Notes under the pieces: generated by a model
Told to the model about the DNA's origin: nothing
The model's database searches: none
Seen by the model: the letters and a program-made list of their open reading frames with translations, nothing else
NCBI GenBank assembly: GCA_963785305.1
Contig: CAWAUV010000008.1
Coordinates: 1,472,001 to 1,536,000, forward strand
Origin: an uncultured Planctomycetaceae bacterium
GTDB lineage: Bacteria; Planctomycetota; Planctomycetia; Pirellulales; PALSA-1355
Direction of reading: 5' to 3'
Length of the DNA: 64,000 bases
Made by a program: the position numbers and the translations under genes
In this document: positions 33,601 to 44,147 of the stretch, one piece after another
Numbering within the stretch: position 1 is the stretch's first letter
Layout: each line of letters opens with the position of its first letter

Positions 33601-34554
33601 GCCGGTGGAAGTGCTCAGCCGCGGCACGCGCGAGCAACTGTTTCTCAGCCTAAGGCTGGCGATCATTCGCGCCTATGCCGAGCAAGGAATTCGGCTGCCG
33701 CTGGTGCTCGACGATGTGCTGGTGAACTTCGACGCCAAGCGAGCCCGTTCGGCGGCGGTCTTGCTGCGCGAGTTTGCTCAAGACAATCATCAAGTGTTGA
33801 TCTTCACCTGCCATGAGCACATCGCCGAGCTGTTTCGCTCGCTCAAGGCCGATGTGCGACAACTGCCTGACCGCAACACGAAATCGCCGACCGATTGGGT
33901 CGATGTCGACGCCGAGCCGCAAGCGCCGTGGTGGAAGAGCCGGCGCCGAATGTGAAGCTGGCCGTCGTGGCGCCGGAACCCGTCGAGCCGGAGCCCATCG
34001 AACCCGAGCTCGAGCCGGTGATCCAAGCGGCCGAGTTGGTTTCAACGCCGGTCGCGATCGAGCCGCCACTGCGGCAAGCGGTGTCGCTGCCGGTCGAGCC
34101 GACGGCAAGCGTGTTGATCGAACCGCCACCGCCGCGGGCCCGTCGCGAACCGCCGCCGCCGCGCATCGCGAAGATTCCGATTCGCTCCGAGGCCAATCCG
34201 CGGCAGAGCGCGGTGCCACCGCCGGCCCGACTTCGGCGCCGCCGGGCCACGGCTCGGCTCGTTCGCTGGAGCGGTGAGGAGTTCGAGGGCGAACTGGCCG
34301 ATCGGGTCAACAACGGCATCACTTGGGACGAGATCATCGGCCCGCAAACCATCGTTCCGCACGACCAAGCAGTGTCGCACGACGCCGGCGCCTCGCATCA
34401 GCCATCGAGCTATCGTTACGAAGCGACCAAACGCGAGAGCGAAAACGGACATCACGCGGAGCCCGGCCCGAGAAACCCGCTCTCGCGGCTTTTTCCCGAA
34501 GACGACGACACCGCTCCGGAGATCGAGTTCGACGAGAACGGCGAGGGCTATTGA
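30615..34554 (+). CDS. YhaN-like SMC/AAA_27 ATPase with long coiled coil and central TM hairpin; several frameshifts
   Basis: IEGFGVW, Walker A GPNEAGKTT, signature LSRGTREQLFLSLRLA, Walker B LVLDDVLVNFD, FTCH; two hydrophobic helices at ~32210-32380; Pro/Glu-rich tail to 34554. Confidence 0.85.
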
Positions 34555-34583
34555 ACCGCCGATCTGAACGATCGAGTTGAACG

Positions 34584-35165
34584 CTACGACGGCAATCGCT
34601 CGGCGAGCAACTGGCGCACGCGCGGCCAATCGTCGTCGCGCTCGAGCAGGGCTCGCGAAAGAATTAGATACTGCCGCGACCGCCGGAAAAACACGATTGC
34701 GACGCGCTCGGAGATTCGGTGCGAGCGAAAGAAGTCCCAGCGGAGATCGATATCCGCCGCGTCGGTGTGTTGGCGAAACCCTTTCAAGGTGAGCCAAGTC
34801 TCGTGAAGTTGGAACGGTCCCACGCCGCGGCGAAATTTGGACCATAGCAGCAGAATCAAGATCGCGAGCACCGCGGTATAGACGACGAACGCGACCGCAA
34901 TTGAGATTATGTCGGCAGCGCGATCTCCAGGATGAGTCCGGAGAAGTTGGCTAAATAAAAACACCAACGCCGCGAAGTAAATGCCATGCCGGGCCAAACC
35001 AGCGATACCCACTCGCAGCCAGCGTCCGCGGAGTAGATCGCGCACGCTCAGCCGCCCCGCGAAATGAATTGCCGCGGTATCTTGGGAATCCATGCCCGCG
35101 GGCGAGTTGCGAGAATCGTCGCCCGCGGGCACGTTCAGCGGCAGATAGGGATTCGTCTCGCTCAC
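34584..35165 (-). CDS. YcxB-like membrane protein
   Basis: NPY N-motif, two TM helices, C-terminal W...YLILSRALL..DDW. Confidence 0.6.
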   Translation of the reverse strand: MSETNPYLPLNVPAGDDSRNSPAGMDSQDTAAIHFAGRLSVRDLLRGRWLRVGIAGLARHGIYFAALVFLFSQLLRTHPGDRAADIISIAVAFVVYTAVLAILILLLWSKFRRGVGPFQLHETWLTLKGFRQHTDAADIDLRWDFFRSHRISERVAIVFFRRSRQYLILSRALLERDDDWPRVRQLLAERLPS

Positions 35166-35189
35166 TAGTCCGGCGCTCTGTTTCGGCGA

Positions 35190-35675
35190 TTAAAACAGCG
35201 GCTTGCGGCCGAGTTCGCGGCGGACGACGGTCCACTGGCCCGAGTGCATCAGCCAGTGCCCGCCGGCCGCGGCCGAGACCGCCGCGCCCACGTTGGGGGC
35301 CCAATCCAGGCCGCTCGGCTTGTCGAAGTCGGCGTCGGCGAGCGTGGCAAGGTATTCGAGCGTGGCGGCGCGCTGGGTCGTGTGGGCCTTGAGCAGTTCG
35401 GCCTTGGCCAGAAACGACGAGGCATCGTCGCTGCCGGTTTTGTCCATCGCGTATTTTTCCTCGAAGCCGCCGGGCAAAGCCGGCATCTTGCCGCCGGTGA
35501 CTTGCGACATGATGCGATGCTCGGCCGAGATCAGGTGCCCAAGCTGCCAATTGACGTGATTGCAGCCCGGCGCCGGCCGATGAAACAACTCCTTGTCCGT
35601 GAGGTCTTCGAGCAGGCCCTTGCAAATCATCGAGGCGGTGTCGATCGAGAGCTTAATGGCTTGATTGGCGTTCAT
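35190..35675 (-). CDS. DinB family protein
   Basis: NHVNWQLGHL and HWLMHSGQW His motifs; RRELGRKPLF C-terminus. Confidence 0.85.
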   Translation of the reverse strand: MNANQAIKLSIDTASMICKGLLEDLTDKELFHRPAPGCNHVNWQLGHLISAEHRIMSQVTGGKMPALPGGFEEKYAMDKTGSDDASSFLAKAELLKAHTTQRAATLEYLATLADADFDKPSGLDWAPNVGAAVSAAAGGHWLMHSGQWTVVRRELGRKPLF

Positions 35676-36054
35676 GGCTGCCTTCCGTTGCGGTGAAAAA
35701 AGCGTTGAATGTTGAATAATGCGAGAAGCATGCGATATGCAAAACGTCCCCCAGCCTATCGCGACGCGGCGTCTTGAGCAAGCCGCCCAGGCGGCGCTGG
35801 GCGCGGTCGGAATAGTCGCTTGCCAGCATGCTCGCTTGGCGGCCTGGCGGCGAAGAACCACTCTGGCTTCCGGCCGATGGTTTTGCTAAAGTTCTCGCCC
35901 TTGCATGTCTTGAGTTCGTCGATTCCCAAAAAAAACCGCCGGGCCGTGAGTTGCTCGCGCCGCGCGGTTCTTGTCCGAGCCCCCCAAGTTCGAATTCATT
36001 TCGGGGCGAGCTGTTTATTCGGGGCGACCCGCGATTCCTGAAGGAGAGAGAGCG

Positions 36055-37203
36055 ATGAAACTCGCGCGAGCCGGTCGGGCGATCGTGTTGACACTCGGAC
36101 TCGTGGCCCTGCTCGTGGCCGAAGCGCGCGGCGCCTCGCCGCTCGAAAAAATGCTGTCCAAGCGCGTCGACGCCGATCCGCGCAAGGATTATCCGCTGCT
36201 CGAAACCCATGGGCCCTGGCTGATTCTGGCCACGACCTTCTCCGGCGATGGCGCCAAGGACCAAGCCAAAAAACTAACGCTCGAACTGCGCGAGAAGTAT
36301 CGTCTGCCGGCCTATGTCTATCAGAAGCGATTCGACTTTTCGCAAGGCGAGCGCGGGCGCGGCATCGACAAATACGGCGATCCGCTCAAGATGCGCTATC
36401 GCCGCGGCGATGAACTAACCGAGATCGCGGTGCTTGTCGGCGACTTCCGCAGTGTCGACGATCCCGAAGGCCAGCGAACGCTCAAGAAAGTGAAATACCT
36501 CACGCCCCTGACGCTCGATCCCGAAAAAAACAAGTCCACGAGCCAAACCTTGGCCGGCCTGCGCATGATGCAGCGGGCCGTCATGCCCGACGGCAGCGAC
36601 CAGAAGAAACGCGGCCCGATGGGCTCGGCCTTCATGATTACGAATCCGCTGCTGCCGCCCGAGTATTTCGCTCCCAAGGGCATCGACAAACTGGTGCTCG
36701 ACATGAACAAGGGCGTCAAGCACAGCCTGCTCGACTGCAAAGGCAAATACACGGTCAAGGTCGCCACTTTCACCGGCCAAGTGGTGCTCGACCAGAAGAA
36801 AATCGAACAGATCGAGCACGGCGCGCATTTCAAGAGCCGGCTCGAGGAAGCCGCCGAAAAGGCCAACGCGCTCTGCGAAGCGCTGCGGGCCAAGGGCGTC
36901 GAGGCCTATGAGTTCCACGATCGCGCGGCGAGCATCGTCACCGTGGGGAGTTTCGATTCCGTGGGCACGCCGCGCGGCGATGGCAAGATCGAGATCAATC
37001 CGGCGATGCACGCGATCATTCAAACCTATGGCGCCGAAACGAAGCTCCTGCCAGGCCAAACCACTCCGCAGCTTGGCCGGCCCAAGTCGCTCAAGAACCC
37101 CCACACGGGGAAGGATATCTCGTTTGATATCTCGCCCACTCCGGTCGAGACCCCGCGCCGCTCGTTTGCCGTCGATTATCAACACACGACCGCTAGCCGG
37201 TGA
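36055..37203 (+). CDS. Conserved secreted hypothetical protein (SPOR-like repeats)
   Basis: Signal peptide, AAGGAG RBS, intact ORF; A..L...LR.KG.EAY.FHDR..SIVTVGSF. Confidence 0.7.
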   Translation: MKLARAGRAIVLTLGLVALLVAEARGASPLEKMLSKRVDADPRKDYPLLETHGPWLILATTFSGDGAKDQAKKLTLELREKYRLPAYVYQKRFDFSQGERGRGIDKYGDPLKMRYRRGDELTEIAVLVGDFRSVDDPEGQRTLKKVKYLTPLTLDPEKNKSTSQTLAGLRMMQRAVMPDGSDQKKRGPMGSAFMITNPLLPPEYFAPKGIDKLVLDMNKGVKHSLLDCKGKYTVKVATFTGQVVLDQKKIEQIEHGAHFKSRLEEAAEKANALCEALRAKGVEAYEFHDRAASIVTVGSFDSVGTPRGDGKIEINPAMHAIIQTYGAETKLLPGQTTPQLGRPKSLKNPHTGKDISFDISPTPVETPRRSFAVDYQHTTASR

Positions 37204-37252
37204 CGCCGCGCCGCGAGGCCGCGCGTTCCTGCGATGCCCTCGCCGAGCGGCG

Positions 37253-38709
37253 TCACACCGCGCCGGCCGCGGGCACGATATAGGGCGCCCGGTATTCGCG
37301 CGTGAGCATTGCGTTGGCGGCGTCGTCGCCGGCAAACGATTCCGAGCCCACGTCGACCGTGAGGAGTTGGCCGAATTGCACCGGCAGCTTGTCGAGCTCG
37401 AGCTGATTGGCCTTCAAGTGCTCGCCCATGCGGGTGAAGGTGTCGAGCGCGTTGTCGTGGGTCTTGATTTCCTTGGCGCGGTCGCCGGCGTCGGCCATGG
37501 TGGTCGAGCTACCGAGCCGGTAGGAGATATTGCCCAGGTGACACAAGGCGCTCGAGAGGTGGCCTTCGAGAATGTCGGCGTTTAGGTCGCCCACCTTGCG
37601 GCTCCGCGCGGCGGAGACGAAATTGCCGAAATGATCGCCGCCGCCGGCGAACTTGCGCACGAGAGCGCCGCCCTTGTCGAAGGCCGAGCCGGATTCGTAG
37701 CTGCCCATCACAACATAGCCATCGGACCCTTCGAAGATCACGCCGCTCATCGAGCCCTTGTAGGGCGGAGTTTCGAGCCCGCGCACCTCGAAGATCAACG
37801 ACTTGTCGCCGAACTCATGCGACACGACTTGCGTGTTGGCGGTCTCGCCCGCGTCGGTATAGCCCCAGCGACCGCCGTAGGAGATGACGCTGCTCGAGAG
37901 CGTGTTGACGCCCAAGCCCCAGCGGGCGATGTCCATTTGGTGGATGCCCTGGTTGCCCAGATCGCCATTGCCCCAGAGCCATTGCCAGTGCCAATCGTAG
38001 TGGAACTTCGGCCGGGTAATCTCGACCAGCGGCGCTGGGCCGCCCCAGAGATCGTAGCTTACATCCGACGGAACCGCGTACACGCCCCGTTCGCCGATCG
38101 ACTTCCGCCGCTTGTAGCAGGTGCCCCGGGCCACTTTCACTTCGCCGATCTTGCCGGAGTGAATATAGTCGATCGCCTCACGCATGCCCTTGGTGCTGCG
38201 CGATTGCGTGCCGGTTTGGCAGATCTTGTTGTACTTTCGTGCCGCTTCGACGATCCGTCGCCCCTCGCTCACATTGTGGCTCACCGGCTTCTCGACATAC
38301 ACATCCTTGCCGGCCTGCATCGCCCAGATCGCGGCCAGCGCGTGCCAATGGTTCGGAGTGGCAATGCTCACGAAGTCGACTGATTTATCGTCGAGCGCTT
38401 GCGCAGATCTTGCACGAACTCGGGCGCCCGGCCCTGCTTCTTGGCCACTTCTTGAGTCCGCTTGCCGCCGACAGCGCTATCGGGATCGACGATATAGCGA
38501 ATCTCGACATCCTTGCGACCGGTCCAGGCGTGAATATGTTCGTTGCCGCGACCATTGACGCCGATCACGGCGACGCCCAGTTTCTCCGTCGGGCTCTTGC
38601 TTTGCACCTCGCCAGAGCTGCTCTCGGCGGCTAGCGACAGGCGGTTCGTGGCGGCGGCGGCGGCCGTGGCGGCCAACATTTCTTGCAAGAACTGGCGGCG
38701 GGAGCGCAT
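37253..38709 (-). CDS. Tat-exported Gfo/Idh/MocA oxidoreductase; frameshift near 38390
   Basis: SRRQFL, VIGVNGRG, IATPNHWH, VYVEKP, GDLGNQGIHQMD. Confidence 0.93.
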
Positions 38710-38882
38710 GGCGAGGGTGTCCTTGGGCGAACGGAAGGGCGGAAGAAAACAAGAACTCTTTCAGAATAGCGGAAAAAAAACGGCAATCCAGAGCCGACGG
38801 ACCAAAAAATCGGCTTTTACGCTTCTCGAACGCAAAACTCGTGGAAACGCATCGCCGCCAGGCGGATCAGAGGAATCCCGCG

Positions 38883-38915
38883 CTCACCCTACCCTCTCCC
38901 GTAAGGGGAGAGGGG
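38883..38915 (+). repeat. REP-like palindrome CTCACCC...CCCTCTCCC-loop-GGGAGAGGG
   Basis: Stem CCCTCTCCC/GGGAGAGGG in the intergenic space after the aspartokinase gene. Confidence 0.7.
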
Positions 38916-39033
38916 GGAGTTGTCGGATAGGCCCTAAGTCGTCGCTCTTTATTGCAGGCCCAGGGGATTGCAAGCCCAGGGGTTCCGGCGCTCCATTGGT
39001 GGCCCAAACCAAGAATCATGCGTTGACCACGCG

Positions 39034-40404
39034 CTAGCGGCATTTTTCGGCGAAGGCGGCTCGCAAACCGGCGAGCGCGGCTTGGCCCTGGCGCCCATCG
39101 ACCACGAGATTCAGCCGCACTTCGCTCGTGTTGATCATCTCGATATTGATGCCCGCCGTGGCCAGGGCGCGAAACGCTCCGATCGCCACCCCCGCGTGGC
39201 TGCGCATGCCGATGCCCACGATGCTCAGCCGCGCCACCCGCTCGCTGCTCGTGACCGGCCCGCATTGCATGCGCTTGGCGAGCGACGACACAAGCTTGAC
39301 GCTCTCGGCGTACTGCGCCGCGGGCACGGTGAAGCTGATATTGGCGGTTTCGTCGCCGCCGAAGCTTTGCACGATCATGTCGACGAACAGTCCGGCCGCG
39401 GCGACCTCCTCGAAAATCGTGGCGGCCACGCCCGGTTGGTTCCTCACGCCCGAGACCGTGAGCCGCGACTGGGATTCGTCGAGCGAGATTTCATCGATCG
39501 TGAGCTCTTCCATTTTCTGGAGTCGCGAGACCACGGCGAGCGCGTCGTTCGACTTACGACGGGCGGCGGTCGAGAGATCGTAGCCCTCGGCGCCGGGCGG
39601 TTCCTGCTCGAGGCCGAAGGCCTGATGCACGGTGCGCAGCGCCGCGGTCGCTTGATGCCGATCGACCAGGGCCGAGATTTTGATTTCGCTGGTGCTGATC
39701 GTGTGGATATTGACGCCGGCCGTGGCCAGGGCGCGAAACATTTTTTGCGCCACGCCGGTCTGCCGCGCCATGCCCAGCCCCACGACCGAGACCTTGGCCA
39801 CATCGTCGCTGTGTTGCACGCTTCGGGCGCCCAGCTCGCGCGCGGCGCGTTCCGCCGCCAGCAGCGTGGTCTTGAGATCGTCGCGCACCACGGTGAAGGC
39901 GATGTCGGCAATGCCGTCGGCGCCCACGTTTTGCACGATCATGTCCACCGTGACATTGGCCGCCGCGATCTTCGAGAAAATCGCCAAACACGCGCCCGGC
40001 TTGTCGGGCACTCCCAACACCGAGACCCGCGCTTCGTCCTTGGCCAGCGCCGCGCCGGCCACGGCCACGTCGGGCGCCTCGGGATCGCGCGTGATCATGG
40101 TCCCGGTCACATCGCTGAAACTGCTCCGCACATGGATCGGCACGCTGAACCGCTTGGCGAATTCGATCGAGCGATTGTGCATCACCCCCGCTCCCAGGCT
40201 GGCCAGCTCGAGCATCTCGTCGTAACTCACCGAGCGCATCCGCCGGGCCTCGGGCAGCAGCCGCGGGTCGGTCGTGTACACGCCGTCGACATCGGTATAG
40301 ATTTCGCAGGCATCGGCCGCCAGCACCGCGGCCAGGGCCACGGCGGTGGTGTCGCTGCCGCCGCGGCCGAGGGTCGTGATATTGAAGTCTTCGTCGATGC
40401 CTTG
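39034..40404 (-). CDS. lysC: Aspartate kinase with four ACT domains; N-terminal part missing (begins at the junction)
   Basis: [54 protein letters not shown] repeats VDMIVQ and [16 protein letters not shown]. The KFGG N-terminus is absent. Confidence 0.92.
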   Translation of the reverse strand, partial: QGIDEDFNITTLGRGGSDTTAVALAAVLAADACEIYTDVDGVYTTDPRLLPEARRMRSVSYDEMLELASLGAGVMHNRSIEFAKRFSVPIHVRSSFSDVTGTMITRDPEAPDVAVAGAALAKDEARVSVLGVPDKPGACLAIFSKIAAANVTVDMIVQNVGADGIADIAFTVVRDDLKTTLLAAERAARELGARSVQHSDDVAKVSVVGLGMARQTGVAQKMFRALATAGVNIHTISTSEIKISALVDRHQATAALRTVHQAFGLEQEPPGAEGYDLSTAARRKSNDALAVVSRLQKMEELTIDEISLDESQSRLTVSGVRNQPGVAATIFEEVAAAGLFVDMIVQSFGGDETANISFTVPAAQYAESVKLVSSLAKRMQCGPVTSSERVARLSIVGIGMRSHAGVAIGAFRALATAGINIEMINTSEVRLNLVVDGRQGQAALAGLRAAFAEKCR

Positions 40405-41375
40405 AAGCGTCAGCGGCGCCAGCGGATGCAGGAACAGGAGCTGGGCGACTGCCTGGCCGTTGCCGAGAAGCTCCGGAAAAACGATCGAAAGGAGCCCAAT
40501 GACGAGGAGGACGAGCGGCGGGGCGATGAATCGGCGCCAGCCCGAGGGCGAGCGCGATAGGCCCAGGCAATCGCGCGGACGAAGACCACCGACCACAAGC
40601 CGACGAACGGCGACGCGATGATGGCCCAGAGATACACGTCGGGGGAGATCGGGTAGAGCGGAACGTTGTAGAGCGGCGCGTTGGGCACGACGAAGCTTGC
40701 CGTCTTCGTGGCGATCAGCGCGGCGGCGAGCGCGGGGAGGACCAGTCGCAGCGCCAACGCTCCCGCGCAGCACTTCAAGCGCGAACAGGGCGCCGCCGAG
40801 CGGCACGCTATAGACCGCGGCCATGCCGGCGCCGGCGCCGATCGCAACCACGAGGCGACGCTGTTCGTCCGACAGCTTTTGAAGGCTCGAGAACAGATTG
40901 CCGAACACCGCCCCGAACTGCTTCGGGCCGCCTTCGCGGCCGAGCGGCGCCCCCATGCCGACGATGACAATCGACAGCACCGCGCTGCCCAGCGTTCTCC
41001 AGGGCGGCATGCGCCCGGCCTGAAACCAGATCGCCGCGGTGACGTCGATGCTGTTGCCGCTGGTAAGGCGGGTAAGCAGCCATTGGCTCACGCTGGTCCG
41101 AAGCCCGGCGCCGACCAGCAGACCGACGGTGGCGCTGGGGACTCGCCTGTCGCGCCGCCTCGAGCAGGTCTGAAGGCTCGCTCGCGCCCCAGGCGAGCTC
41201 CTGAGCCGCGTCGAACAAGAGCGTCAGGAGGGCGGCGCCGAGGCCGGCGCATGAGCCCGGTGAGAACGACGGCGATCCAGAAGCGGATCGCGCCAGGATC
41301 GCGCAACGTCGCGGGAACTTTCGCGCCGGCGGCGAGCTGGGCGCCGGCGGGGGCGGACTTTGATCCCGTTTCCAA
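40405..41375 (-). CDS. ClC chloride channel / H+-Cl- antiporter; C-terminal part missing; frameshifts
   Basis: LGREGGP (GxEGP), [28 protein letters not shown]. Stops before the GxFxP motif. Confidence 0.88.
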
Positions 41376-41542
41376 TGCCGCCTCCGCCTGCAGCGCGCCA
41401 ATTCCGGACGCGCGCCCGACAAGCGCCTAGCGCGTAGGGCCGCGATTCGCAAAGGTCATTCGCGTCAACTTGCGCCCCTTCAAGCCTTCCTTTAAGCGCG
41501 AGCTCCATGAATCGCCTCGAACTCGGGCCTGGGCGGGCGCCT

Positions 41543-42060
41543 GTGAGCGAGGCGCCGAAGCCTGTCGCCATCATCATGGGCAGCCAGTCCGATTGGGCGG
41601 TCATGCGCCGCGCCGCCGAGACGCTGGAGGCGCTCGGCGTCGGCTATGACGCCCGGATCGTCTCCGCCCATCGCACCCCCGACCGGCTGGTCGCCTTCGC
41701 CAAGGGCGCGAAGGCCGCAGGCTTCAAGGTCGTCATCGCCGGCGCGGGCGGCGCCGCGCATTTGCCGGGCATGACCGCGGCCATGACCCCGCTTCCGGTG
41801 TTCGGCGTGCCGGTCCCCTCGAAGGCGCTGTCGGGTCAGGACAGCCTCTTGTCGATCGTCCAGATGCCGGCCGGCGTTCCGGTTGGAACGCTGGCGATCG
41901 GCGAAGCCGGCGCGGTCAACGCCGCGCTGCTCGCCTGCGCCGTGCTGGCGCTGAGCGACGAAGCGCTTGCGGCCCGGCTCGAGGCCTGGCGGGCGCAAGC
42001 GCACGGCCGAGGTCGCGGAGCGCCCGGACGATGACGGCGCAAAGTCGAGACCGCCGGGCG
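41543..42060 (+). CDS. purE: N5-CAIR mutase; 3' frameshift, end approximate
   Basis: [43 protein letters not shown]. Confidence 0.96.
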
Positions 42061-43159
42061 ATGATTTTAAGCCCCGGCGCGACGATCGGCATTCTCGGCG
42101 CGGGCCAGCTCGGGCGAATGCTCGCCATCGCGGCGCTCAAGATCGGGCTTGCGCACTGCACATCTTCGCTCCCGAAGGCGACAGCGCCGGCCTATGACGC
42201 AGCGGCGGCGCGGACCATCGCCGCCTTCGACGACGAGGCGGCGCTCGCCCGCTTCGCTCAAAGCGTCGACGTCGTCACCTTCGAGTGGGAGAACGTGCCG
42301 ACATCGACGGTCGAATTTCTCGCGGAGCGCGTGGCCGGTCCGTCCGGGCGCCCGCGCTCTCGCGCTCACTCAGGACCGGCTGACGGAGAAAACGTTCCTG
42401 CGCGATCTCGGCCACAAGGTCGCGCCCTTTGTCAGCGTCGAGGATGCGGGCGCGCTGGTGCGCGCGGTCGCCGAACTCGGGCGTCCCTCGATCCTCAAGA
42501 CCCGGCGGCTCGGTTATGACGGCAAGGGCCAGTCCTTGATCCGCGAAGGCTCCAACGTCGCCGCGGTTCACCGCACGCTGGGCTCGGCGCCGATGATCCT
42601 CGAAGGCTTCGTCGCTTTCGAGCGCGAAGTGTCGGTGATCGCGGCGCGCAGCCTCGAAGGCGAGATCGTGGCTTTCGACCTCTGCGAGAACGAGCACGAG
42701 CGCCACATCCTGGCTCGCACCCGGGCGCCCGCGCGCGTCAGCGCTGAGACGGCGGCGGAGGCCAAGCGCATCGCCGCCTCCGTGCTCGAGGCGCTCGACT
42801 ATGTCGGCGTGCTGGCGGTCGAGATGTTCGTCACCCGCGATCACCACGGGCATGAAGCGCTCGTGGTCAATGAGATCGCGCCGCGCGTCCACAATTCCGG
42901 CCATTGGACGCTCGAGGGCGCGCAGACCTCGCAGTTCGAGCAGCACATCCGCGCCATCGCCGGCTGGCCGCTCGGCGCGACGACGCGTCGCGGCCGGATC
43001 GAAATGCACAATCTGATCGGCGAGGACGCTGAGGACTGGCGCGACATTCTCGCTCAGCCGGATCTCGCTCTGCATCTTTATGGCAAGCTCGAGATCCGCC
43101 CGGGCCGCAAGATGGGTCACGTCACGCGCGTCTTCCCCGAGATGCCGAACCACAACTGA
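42061..43159 (+). CDS. purK: N5-CAIR synthetase; frameshifts
   Basis: IGILGAGQLGRM, TFEWENV, GYDGKGQ, NEIAPRVHNSGH, GRKMGH. Confidence 0.95.
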
Positions 43160-43166
43160 ACGCGCC

Positions 43167-43196
43167 TTGACAGGCTCGTCCGCCCCTCCTTATAGG
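43167..43196 (+). promoter_or_regulatory. Sigma70-type promoter of the tRNA gene
   Basis: TTGACA-N18-TATAGG followed by a GC-rich stretch, ~40 bp upstream of the tRNA. Confidence 0.65.
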
Positions 43197-43236
43197 GGCG
43201 GCTCGCCGGCGCCGGGCTTTTCAGGCGTCGCGTTGC

Positions 43237-43313
43237 GGCGGGATAGCTCAGCTGGTTAGAGCGGCGGAATCATAATCCGTAGGTCCCCAGTTCAAGTCTG
43301 GGTCCCGCTACCA
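43237..43313 (+). tRNA. tRNA-Met (CAT), elongator type
   Basis: Acceptor stem GGCGGGA/TCCCGCT, D-arm AGCTCAGCTGGTTAGAGC, anticodon arm GCGGA-ATCATAA-TCCGT, T-loop TTCAAGT, encoded CCA; 77 nt. Confidence 0.95.
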
Positions 43314-43488
43314 AATCTTCCAGAAAACCAAATACTTGCGGGATAGAGCGGACGGCGATCTTCACCGCCGCGTTTCGTGCCGGCAGTATGTCAGCAATGC
43401 TTACAGCAGAATATTCCCGTGCGGACGGGAAAAAAGCGGATTTCCTCCCCCCGCTCGACGGTTGAGCGTCGCGCCTAGCCACATTCCG

Positions 43489-43704
43489 CTAGTCGTTGCC
43501 GCCATGTCCGCCATGTTGACTCGACGGGCTTATAGTACTTGAGACGGCAGCGAAGACTGCCTTAAGTTTGGATCCCGTGGCCGTTACACCAACAACGATG
43601 CTGAGCGCGATCAGCGCGGCCACAAGCGCATATTCAATCGCCGTAACTCCCGCTTCGGAATCGTCCGAAAACCAGGAAGCAACGGTCTTAACGAGACTGC
43701 GCAT
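43489..43704 (-). CDS. Flp family type IVb pilin
   Basis: GVTAIEYALVAALIALSIVVG (G|xxxxEY prepilin motif plus hydrophobic helix). Confidence 0.88.
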   Translation of the reverse strand: MRSLVKTVASWFSDDSEAGVTAIEYALVAALIALSIVVGVTATGSKLKAVFAAVSSTISPSSQHGGHGGND

Positions 43705-44147
43705 CCGGTGTTGATTACTCCATAATGCGCATCTCGATTTGACCCATATCAAGCCGGTCCCGCATTTCGCTGATTTTTTGCTGACGCGCGATGGCTGAGA
43801 TATGGCAACCCAAGTCGCGGCGCGCCATCCCCGCCATCTTCCGCAAAGAGGGGGACTCAATTCAAGTTCGGCCGATTCGCCTCCGCCGTCGCCTCCTAGG
43901 CGCTTTTCGCGGCGGCGGTTGCGCGATCAACAATGGAACGATCGGCAACGCGGGTGCGGAAATCGAGCCCGAGCTTGGGGCGCGATCGAGGTGATCGAGC
44001 GCCTTTTCGAATTCGGTAATCGCTTCACGTCGTCAGGGTGGCGGGTGCGACCATAGCGCGCGCGAAGGTTCGCGTGCTCGGTCGCCGTCATTTCGCTCAA
44101 CATCGGAGTCGCGCCCAGGACGGCCGCGAGGACGGCAGCCAGCCCGC

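Noticed and set aside
39034..41091. Novel 685-aa chloride channel-aspartokinase fusion protein
   Set aside because: Both halves lack essential parts and the fusion point coincides with a switch in apparent taxonomy. Treated as a chimera until spanning reads show otherwise.
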